A stretch of 64,000 nucleotides of DNA, taken from contig OZ024741.1 of assembly GCA_964016885.1 (NCBI GenBank), positions 322,958,001 to 323,022,000 on the forward strand. Direction: 5' to 3'. Below are positions 53,120 through 64,000 of this stretch, one piece after another (the stretch's first letter is position 1; the number at the start of each line of letters is the position of its first letter). The notes below the pieces were generated by a model. The model ran no database searches. It had not been told where the DNA came from and saw only the letters and a list, made by a program, of their open reading frames with translations. Source of the stretch: Eledone cirrhosa (lineage: Eukaryota). The position numbers and the translations under genes were made by a program.

Positions 53120-53295
53120 TTGGTGATGATGATGTTGATGGTGATGATAAAGATGATGATGATGACAATAAACATCATGATGATGAGGATGACGATGATG
53201 ATGATGGTGATGATGATGATGATGATGATGATGATAAACATGATGATGATGATGACAATAAACATGGTGATGATGATGATGATGATGATGATGAC
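52890..53295. repeat. (GAT)n microsatellite (second tract at 53815-54040)
   Basis: Direct reading. Confidence 0.97.
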
Positions 53296-54048
53296 TTTTA
53301 GGCGAAATTCCAGGTACAATCCATCCAGTTCTCTTCCACAGTTTTTGTCTACCCAATTTTACTCACAAGCGTCGGGTTGACACGGCGATATGGTAAACGT
53401 TACTTACCCAGAATTCCATACAGTGAAATTGAAACCGGAACCTGGTGAATATCCAGAGTATCTCTCGTTCGTTGATTTGATAGAATTTATTGTAAAATTT
53501 AGAAATAACTATAGTTGTATTATTGACACTAACTTGTTAAATAATATATCTAATGAGATAACCTTTACTACCGTATATTGTTTATTATGACGACATATAT
53601 TTCTACTGGTTTTGTATTCAACAGAACTAAATGTAAAGATTTTAACTTTGTTATTTCTCGCTGGAACAGAATTAATATGGTTATTTACATTTGATGAAAG
53701 GTTAGTTGATAGAGATGTGTATCCACTGGAGATAATTATGGTGTTGTCGTTTGTTAATGTGCTACAGGATTAGTCATACGTATTTGTGAGTCAATTATCA
53801 TAAATATATTACTTAATGATGATGGTGATGATGATGATGATGATACAATGATGATGATGATGATGATGATGATGACGATGATGATGATGATAGCGATGTG
53901 ATGATGATGGTGGGGATGATGGTGGTGGTGGTGATGATGATGAATGATAGTGATGGTGATGATGATGATGATGATGATGTAATGATGATAGTGGTGCTAA
54001 TGATGATGATGACGATGATGATGATGATGATGCTGATGGTAAATTAAT

Positions 54049-54152
54049 TGTTTCTACTTTAGGCACAAGGCCAGCAAATACCCAGTACATTACTGGTACT
54101 TTATTTTATCGACCCCGTAAGGATGAAAGGCAAAGTCAACCTCGGCGGGATT
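54049..54152 (-). mobile_element. 5'-truncated SINE family C with 16-bp TSD
   Basis: ctgatggtaaattaat on both sides (54033-54048, 54153-54168). Confidence 0.9.
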
Positions 54153-54771
54153 CTGATGGTAAATTAATAGAAAGCAGTTCGTTATCCTTCCGATAAATGG
54201 GAACGGCTACTGTATGGGAGTGTGTATAACCAGACATTTTTATTATATATCTTTGTAGGCACTCCCTATCTGCATGTATTTAGAAGCATTTGCTTTATGT
54301 ATTTTGTATACAGAGGTGCTAAGACGTTAAAGATATTTACCAGCACTCCTCTGCCATCCACATTAATAGCACTATTAAAATGGGAATGAGATGGTCTTGA
54401 AACGTTAATAAAAGTTATCGTATCAAACAAAATATACATAACTAAGGAAAACATTAAAATCCTTAATTAAACAGAATAAACACGAGGACAGTGGTGTCTT
54501 TAATATAACAACTTAAAGACAAAAGCTGCTCCTTAATCATTCTAATATATATATATAAGGCGTGTGGCTGAGTGGTTAGAGAATTGGATTCGCAATCGTA
54601 AGGTTGTGAGTTCGATTCCTGGACCAGGCGATGCGTTATGTCCTTGAGCAAGACACTTTATTTCACGTTGCTTCTTCTACCTGGAGTTGCGACCGATAGA
54701 TAGTATTAGCAATTGGAAAGACCAACGGAAACATTGTTCCCTCGGTCCGATTTGACGAAAGCCGATCGTTC

Positions 54772-54823
<52 letters not shown>

Positions 54824-54885
54824 TATATATATGTGTGTGTATGTGTGTGTGTTTAGATATATATATATATACACCCACACACACG

Positions 54886-54922
<37 letters not shown>

Positions 54923-54997
54923 CCGGGAGATTCCAACAGAAATGGTCGCATTCTTTAAGGGTATGTCAATATTTATTTATAAAACTGATCTATATTA

Positions 54998-55062
54998 TAT
55001 TTTATCTGATGAAAGCACACCATAATTTAACTTGGTGTCCTTGAAATATGTATAATGAAATA
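54998..55062 (+). ncRNA. Type-I minimal hammerhead ribozyme, family H1 copy c
   Basis: tattttat-CTGATGA(55006-12)-aag c acacca..tggtgt c ctt-GAAA-T ATGT ATA^-atgaaata. Confidence 0.8.
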
Positions 55063-55111
55063 AATATGGTTTTATAAATATAGTTTCCATTTGTTAATAT
55101 ATCGTATACAC

Positions 55112-55502
55112 AGTAACATGTGCTTACGCCGTATTTGACTATATAGAATTAGTCTGTTAGTTGGGATTTAAAAAAAAAACCTCTGAATGAAAAAAAGAGG
55201 ATGAGAACTGACGTACATGGGACACGAACCGACATCTTTGGTTTCCCGGATCAATATGCTACCATTACATCAACACGCTACCCATGCTTCCTTCCATTCA
55301 ATTAGAAATTATATAACCATAGCAGGTATATAAATATGGAGATACAAAGGAAGCTTTCTTTACAAAGGGCTAGCGAATTTGAAAATTAGGTAGTAACATG
55401 TGCTTACGCCGTATTTGACTACATAGAATTAGACCTAACTAACAGACTAATTCAATGTAGTCAAATACGGCGTAAGCACATGTCACTACCTAATTTTCAA
55501 AT
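55112..55502 (-). mobile_element. tRNA-like-gene-carrying mobile unit, copy 2 (1.15 units plus inverted segment)
   Basis: 41-bp direct repeat at 55112 and 55392 (period 280); inverted piece at 55434-55502. Confidence 0.8.
55209..55279 (-). tRNA. Decayed tRNA-like cloverleaf (loop CC-GGG-AA)
   Basis: Colinear with 20588-20658; several stem mismatches. Confidence 0.45.
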
Positions 55503-55671
55503 GTGTGTGTGTGTGTGTGTGTGTTGTACCTACATATATAAGTAATGTGTTTTGTGAAAGACCTGTAGACACCAATGCATGTAAGTTTCCCCCACTTCAG
55601 GCAAATAGGGATATATATATATATATGTATGTATACGTACATTCATATATGTATACAGACGTACAGTAGCA

Positions 55672-55711
<40 letters not shown>

Positions 55712-55779
55712 AACGAACAAAGCGGGCGTTATAATAAGCGTCCGCTAAACTGATACGTACATATATGTATGTGTACCTG

Positions 55780-56671
<892 letters not shown>

Positions 56672-57131
56672 TATTTTCCGTTGTGTTGTAATATAAATAT
56701 TACACACAGTAGATTGACAGCTCACGTAATCTTGAGATTTATTACATAATCACACACAAGAAGAAATTGCTGAATAACAGAATTGAACGAACATTATTCT
56801 GCCGTCACCGAACTAAAACCCTTTTTTCCCACTACAAGCCGAATATTACATAAAAGAGGGACATCCCCCCAACTATATAAACCTCAATCTAGTTAGAAAA
56901 ATATAAAAACAATCTCTTCTCAACATATATATATGTATATTAATAACCTTAAATTACCACACTAATAATGGAAAGATATGCTGATGAGAATAGGTGCAAA
57001 TATGCGATAATGAATGTGTCTAAAAGCGACCATAAGTATGTATATATATGTGAAAATGTATATAAATAAGTAAATATATATATATGTTTGATGTGTATAG
57101 TTAGATGTAAGTGTATTCATGTATTAAAGTG

Positions 57132-57297
<166 letters not shown>

Positions 57298-58245
57298 TAT
57301 ATGTATATATATACACATAGACTAGAGTATGTATGTATATATGTGTGTGTCTATACGTGTGTATATAAAGATAAGTTGAGTATGAAAATGTATACACATG
57401 AACGCGTATGTATGTACATGAATACATGTGTGTATATATATATGTATGCATGTATATATGTATGTAAGTATGAACATGTTACTATGTGAATGTGAGTATA
57501 TGTATTTTGTAGAGGTGTACAAATATGTTTGTGTGTGAATGCGTGGGCGAAAGGATACGTACACTTGAAAGAAAAATTTAAGTCTGAATGTTAATTAAGT
57601 GCAAACACAAAACCAACCACGCGAATCTTTACTATCTCTAATCCTTCTATAGATTTAGAAAAATAACCAATAATATATTCTATAAAAATGTCAAAACAAC
57701 AGATGGGAATCTAATTACTCACTGCCACCAAAAATTCTCACTGCTATCAAAAAACCACTCCCTCAACTATTCTTCTAACAACTTCACCCCTCCCTCCTAA
57801 TATTCTCTATAAAAACCAAACAGGTCCTCAGTAATATTACTCTGATGAAATGACAGTAGATAATAACATTGAAATATTGAATGTCTGCATAACTAATTGT
57901 TTCTATTTTAGGCACAAGGCCAGCAATTACCCAGTACATTACTGGTACTTTATTTTATCGACCCCGTAAGGATGAAAGGCAAAGTTAACCTCAGCGGGAT
58001 TTGAACTGAGATCATAAAGGGACGTAACTCTATGCTTCAAAGCATGGTGTCCGACTCTCTACCGATACTGCCAAAACTAATACTTTGTAGATAGCAGCTG
58101 TTTTCAGGTTATGTAACTGTTATAGAAACACGTGTCAATAAATTCCTTTCAACTAAACTGTATCCATTCAAATCTTTTCTATATATATATATTAAGTAAG
58201 TAAAAAATTTTTTAAAAAAATTTTTTAAAAATGATTTTCTTATTT

Positions 58246-58404
<159 letters not shown>

Positions 58405-58435
58405 AGATCAAAAGATGGTTAAAGGAGTTCCATAT

Positions 58436-58504
58436 ATTTTATTATGCGCATTTCAAAAACAAACATCATCAAACAATAATATTTGTGTTTTCATCAGATA
58501 AAAC
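58436..58504 (-). ncRNA. Type-I minimal hammerhead ribozyme, family H6
   Basis: Minus strand gttttat-CTGATGA-aaacacaaatatt..atgtttgttttt-GAAA-T GCGC ATA^-ataaaat; its 3' half is duplicated inverted at 58566-58637. Confidence 0.75.
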
Positions 58505-58723
58505 AGGAGAACATGATATGAAGGCTAAAAAACACTTGTTGATAGTGCAGTTTTAAATCAACATATGATGTTTGTTTTTGAAATGCGCATAATAAAATAT
58601 ATGGAACTCCTTTAACCATCTTTTGATCTTATATTATGCATACTCCAGTCCCACAAACTGTAGAGTGCTTCTTATCCGATATCTGCATTGCTTTATTGTA
58701 CTACAATAAAACTCACCTCCTAC

Positions 58724-58759
<36 letters not shown>

Positions 58760-58853
58760 TATCCCTATTTGCCTGAAGTGGGGGACACTTACATGCATTG
58801 GTGTTTACAGGTCTTTCACAAAACACATTACTTATATATGTAGGTATATGTTG

Positions 58854-58963
<110 letters not shown>

Positions 58964-59051
58964 ATAATAATAAATTTGAAGACTAAAATCCAAAGAGGGC
59001 TCGATAAGGATAAATATATATCAAATATATAAGAACCGTAGAGCAAATATT

Positions 59052-59176
59052 TATTAAAATAACAGATTAAAGTTTAAGCAAAGAATCGCTGCTTTCACCC
59101 TTAACGGGATCTTCTGAAACTAACAAAAGGATGAAAGCAGCGATTCTTTGCTTAAACTTTAATCTGTTATTTTAAT
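59052..59176. repeat. ~50-bp-arm inverted repeat abutting (TA)n
   Basis: tattaaaataacagattaaagtttaagcaaagaatcgctgctttca and its reverse complement. Confidence 0.9.
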
Positions 59177-59236
59177 ATATATATATTTATATATATATAT
59201 TTCGTTTCTGAATTTGTTTAGCAAGATTATTTATCT

Positions 59237-59332
59237 GAAATCGTGTGTTGAAACCGATATTGTTATACTTTGGGAGGGTCATGTTGCGTGTGTTTCTTAT
59301 TGGCAACATGACCCTCCCAAAGTATAACAATA
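59237..59332. repeat. 31-bp-arm inverted repeat; tail of the H2 element family
   Basis: atattgttatactttgggagggtcatgttgc / gcaacatgaccctcccaaagtataacaatat; matches 19433-19480. Confidence 0.85.
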
Positions 59333-62300
59333 TATATATATAATATATATATATTTGCCTGAAGTGGGGACACTTACATGCATTGGTGTCTACAGGTCTT
59401 TTACAAAACACATTACTTATGGCGGCGCCTTGGAAAGGAACATTCCACGTTTAATCATGATCAAAGGGATCAAAGGGAGTCAGCGGATTGGCAGTATCTG
59501 CTCGGGCTCTGTGCATTCTGAGTTCAAATCCTGTCTTCATCTGCCAGGAGTTGGGTCTTGCAGATAACAACAGGAATGGAAACACCAATAGAAACACAGA
59601 TTCCTTGGTCCAATCCAAAGTTCATCTCCATTATGGTTTCGATGATGTGAAAATATGCAAGCTTTGTTCCTACAAACAAATATTCGATGCAGTGAGCCCG
59701 CATCTTACCTGAACGATTGGTTCCCACAACCTTCCACGTTATTAAAACACCATGTTCAAGACCCTTAAATAAAATTACCTATATACTTCGAGGTTTTTCG
59801 ATGAGGTCTAACATCGGGTACTCTGAGGGTTGTAAAAACTCAGGAAAATAATCAATTGTACCTCTGGCTCGCTAGATCTCTCTGGTAACTATGTTAACGG
59901 TGCACCTGCTTGTAAAATACTTAGTGACTTATCACGTTGATTTTTTTTACGAGCAGACCGTTTCTTTGATCAAACTCCAGGAACATGCATCGTCGGAACC
60001 GGCGAAGGTCCAGCCCAAGTGTTTAGTAACGTGGTATCTCGTCTGTCTGGCCTGTCTATTGATGTGACCAGTAATGAATAGTGTGTGATTGAATTTGGAG
60101 AGAGAAGGAGATAGACAGAAAGACATACAGACAGACAAACAGAAGGAAAGAGAGACAGAGAGAGAGAGAGGGGGGGGAGACAGACAGGGAGACTTGGAGA
60201 GAGAGAGACAGAGATAGAGAGGCAAATAGACAGAGAGACTTGGAGAGAGAGAAAGAGAGAAAGAAAGAGAAGGGTATCGCCATTAGCTGTGAGGTAAATT
60301 AGTTCCGATCGAACGACACAAGTTGCCATAGTAACCAGATCTCACAATCACTGTATTCTAAACATCTTTTTCTCTGTATTTTTCTCTCCTTCTGTCTTTC
60401 TCTCACTGTTTCTTTTTCTATCTATCCGTCTCTTTCTTCTTCTCTACCTCCATCTTTCTCCCTTTCTTACTCATTTCTCTCTCTCTCTCTCTGCTCTTTT
60501 TCTCTATCCGTCAGTTTTTTCAGTCTTTCACTTTCATTCACTCTCTCTTTCTGTGTCTATCTATTTATTCATCCTTCTATCAACCTATCTATCTATATAT
60601 ATCTCCATCTATCATTCCACATATCTATATATATATCTACCTATGTATCTGTATACCTATCTATCTAGCTATCATCTCTATCATGCTTGTTTTTCGTATT
60701 GATTTCCTATCGATAATGGTTTCAGATTGAGGCCAGCAATTTTGGAGGAGGGGAAAGTCGATTAAATCGACCCAGTGCATAACTGGTGCTTTATTTTATC
60801 GACCCGGTAAGGATGAAAGGCAAAGCTAAACTCGGCGGGATTTGAACTCAAAATGTAAATGGCCGTAACTCTATGCCGCTAAGCATGTTGTCCGACGCTC
60901 TACCGATTCTGCCAATCCACCACCGTAAGGTTTCCTATCAATAATAAAACGAGAAGACAATTCTGTAAAGAAATGATATTGTGACATTCATATTTTCTAT
61001 TAAAATACATTAGTGGAGTAAATAAAATGTGTATTGACCGAGAACCGAAACCAGATCCGAAAATTCCGATGAGTACTCTTCTTTTTTCATAGAATACTGC
61101 AGGAATGGGTGACAGTACTTGTGACCTTCTTAGGTTCTTCTATTATGGTACATTAATGCTGTTGGTGTTCAGCTTATACATCGATACTTTACTCTTTCTA
61201 TTTTAGGCACAACAAGGCCTGCAATTTTGGCGGGAGGGAGGACAGTCGATTAAATTAAATTTACCCTAGTACTTGACTGTTTTTTTTTATCGACCCCGGA
61301 AGGATGAAAGGCAAAGTTGACCTCCATAAGGATTCGAACCTTTCAAGCCAAGCATTTGAGGATATATTTATTCAACCAGTCTCGCAATCCCTGGAAAAAA
61401 AGGTCCCGATTTCATCGAACTATGTTGTTGACTATTTTGCGGCATATAGTAACATCCCTTTAGATTCTGAGTTCAAATCCCGCCTAGGTTAGCATTACCT
61501 TCCATCCCTACGGAGTCGATAAAATAAAGTACCAGTAACGTACTGGTGTCAATTTAATCGACTTTCCCATGCCGCAAAATTGTTGGTCCCGTGCCTAAAT
61601 CAGAAACCATTGTTAATTTTATGAACACACCTAGACTCACACTCCACCTGCCTCTGTCCGTCGACCCTGAACTTTTGATGGAATCGACGGGCCGCTATCG
61701 TTGCACATCACGTGTCTTGGACATTTCAACTAGACGGATCCCAGTCCTCTCCAAGTCTCAAAATAGCCCAGAGAAAATTGGAAAATTAGATAGAGGAAGA
61801 ATCGCTTCCGTTACTGAACTACTGCTTTATGAATCGACCTTCTGAAGGATGAACGGAGAAGTTGACCTCGGTGGGATTTGAACTCAGAACGCAGAGAACT
61901 GTAACGAAAACTGCAAAGCTTTCTATATTCTATCCGAAATTCTAACAACTCTGCCAGTTCACTGCCTTACCCACAGCCTGTAGATTAAAAGAGAAATCGT
62001 CTTTGATAATTTCTATAATTAGACTATATGAAATACATGTTATTTCTATGGCACTAATTTTATGATGCCTACTAAATCATATCCGTTGTTAAATTGAAGT
62101 TTTCTGAGATGCTAAGAATTAGCTAGAAACATTACGAAGGCGAATCGAAAGAATAATTTTGACTGTCTTATTCAATAATTTCTTTCTAAAATCTAATTAA
62201 GCAGGTCAGTTGGTTCACTGAAAATCACTTCTAAGTATTCTTAATTGAATTTTTGGATTGTATTTTTATGTATATTTTCTTTCTTCTTTTAACATGTAAC

Positions 62301-62379
62301 GACGAAACGGGAGTCGTGTCAGTTGTGACGTTAATGTTCGAGTTATTCTTAACCTCCATGTTACAGCCTATGAAAGGCC

Positions 62380-62690
62380 GCCATATATATGATAGTGGTT
62401 CGGGTATTCAGCTTATGATCATGAAGTGGTGTGTTCGATTCCCGGATTGAACGCCACAGTGTGTCCTTGAGCAAAGCACTTTATTTCATGTCTGTCCAAT
62501 CTACTTGGCTGGAAAAGATGAGTTGCAACATCAGTGGTGGTACCAAGCTGTTGCATTTTCCTTGGACAACATCGGTGTCGTGGGGGAAAGGAGAGACTGC
62601 TATGCATCTGTGACTGTTGGGTTTTCACAAAACACCTTGGCCAGGTTTACGGATTCAAGAGGAACGTTTCAAGTGCAAACCATGATCAGT
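62380..62690 (+). mobile_element. SINE family A
   Basis: tRNA-like head, gtgtccttgagcaaagcacttta, family-A body. Confidence 0.75.
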
Positions 62691-62984
62691 AATAATAGAA
62701 TGAGGGCTTTTGTTTACACTTCTAGCTACAGGCTTTAAATATTTTAAGAAACAGACTTGATGGCAAGCAGCTCTTTAGAATTGCAGGTGCTACTGAGAAT
62801 GTTTTCCGTCTCCAGGAAAACGTTATTGGATTTTCTAAATATAGCAATCGATTACTTTGCGTTGGTAGGTATGCGTTCCTAGCTGCCGAAACGGCCGGAG
62901 CTCAGCCGTCGGGGTCCTCACTCTTTTCCTATATCTCTTGTGACGCTAAACTCCGCCAGTTGCAGATTGCGCATTAACATGTGA

Positions 62985-63905
62985 TATCTCTCCACCAAGG
63001 CCGATCACCAGCAGCAGAGTTCAAAGAGCAAAGATCAAGTCCAGTCCATGAATTGACATTGTCAAGCCATCATTTTGGCTGCTGGCTTCTGCTTCTCTTA
63101 CCAGCCAACCTTCCTTCCAGGCATAACCTACTCAAACCACGAGTTGATCTTTTTATATGGTCGTATAGCTTGAGTACTCTTGACTTGACAATTGATGTAA
63201 TTGGTTTAAGTTTGGTAATGTTGAGCAGCTCACTGATATATGGTCGCTGGGCCGCTTGCCAGTCATAAGTGTCATGATGTGGTTCTGGAATGTAGAGAGC
63301 TTCTGAAGTGACCTTGTCGTCCAACTAACACCATCAAGACCATATAACACAACTGGTAGGATGTAAGTATCAAAGATCTTAGCCTTCAAATGGTAGGAAA
63401 CTCGTTTTGATGTTAGTACTTCGCTGTTCTTATTGAAAGCTACCCAACCTAGAGCGATGTGATATTGCGCAGTAACTATTCCATTATTGTTTGATGATAG
63501 TTTGTGACCGAGATATACAACCTCCGTAACTTGGGCTATTTGCTGGTTGTAGATTGTGAGTTGGAGATTGGCATTGTTTTTATCAGTTGTCATACATTTT
63601 GTTTTGGAGATGTTGATGTGTAAGCCAACATTCTCCAGCGAATGTTTGGCCAGTACATTTAGAAAGTTTTGCAGATCAGTTCTAGAGTAACTTATGATGG
63701 CCAGATCGTCTGCAGAGCTAAGATTTGATAGGATTTTACCTCCTATTTGATAACCAGAGGATCATTCTTCTTCAGTTTGGTAAATAAGTGCACCTATTCA
63801 GAAAAAAAGTGCTGATAGTACCCTCTGTTTAACACAGTGTGTAGTTCCCAAGTCTGTTGAATTGGTGTAAATTTCTTTCAATAGGTTGATGTATTTTTTA
63901 TTAAA
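62985..63905 (-). mobile_element. RTE-clade LINE RT / C-terminal fragment
   Basis: KYINLLKEIY, SADDLAI, GLHINISKTKCM, VVYLGH, KIFDTYILPVVLYG, LEGRLAGKRSR. Confidence 0.88.
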
Positions 63906-63909
63906 TGAG

Positions 63910-64000
63910 GTTGTAAAAAAGCCCTGGACTGGACAACATATACTCAGAATTCATCAAAGCTGGAGGTGAACCAATTATCAAAGCACTTCAATATCTCTTT
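63910..64000 (+). mobile_element. Inverted upstream RT segment of a LINE, runs off the window
   Basis: KSPGLDNIYSEFIKAGGEPIIKALQYLF (RT domain 0). Confidence 0.75.

Noticed and set aside
52796-53380. Poly-His/Asp/Met ORFs
   Set aside because: Translations of a (GAT)n microsatellite.
57835-57895. Hammerhead (CTGATGA-aatg..catt-GAAA)
   Set aside because: Stem I does not pair; at best a decayed relic.
59075-59120. Hammerhead on the minus strand
   Set aside because: Core reads CAGAAGA and there is no NUH or stem I.
59488-59727. Possible host exon
   Set aside because: Follows a SINE head and matches 32105-32175, so it is a SINE body variant.

Overview
AT-rich, repeat-dense eukaryotic DNA. The SINE families and microsatellite load look like an octopus/coleoid cephalopod genome (recognised from memory, no search run). 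I found no host protein-coding exon. Nearly all long ORFs in the track are read-throughs of simple repeats, and the only real protein homologies are decayed non-LTR retrotransposons (Tx1/L1-clade at 37.7-43.4 kb, several RTE-clade fragments). Other content: about 30 tRNA-derived SINE copies, non-autonomous Helitrons, two MITE families, a young non-autonomous LTR element, several minisatellites and an 8.6-kb ACC-based array. Three things stand out. (1) At least eight type-I hammerhead ribozyme motifs with intact cores, from about six sequence families, lie in short, often fold-back inserts next to (TA)n/(GT)n tracts; they look like Penelope-like pseudo-LTRs or retrozymes. One family shows stem covariation, two have unusually long stem II, and one 99-bp palindrome differs between its arms only at catalytic-core bases. 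(2) A ~280-bp circularly permuted mobile unit carries a whole tRNA-like gene with TATA and T-terminator. (3) An LTR element is flanked by a 212-bp target duplication. SINE/LINE boundaries are approximate; ribozyme, LTR and MITE coordinates were counted by hand.
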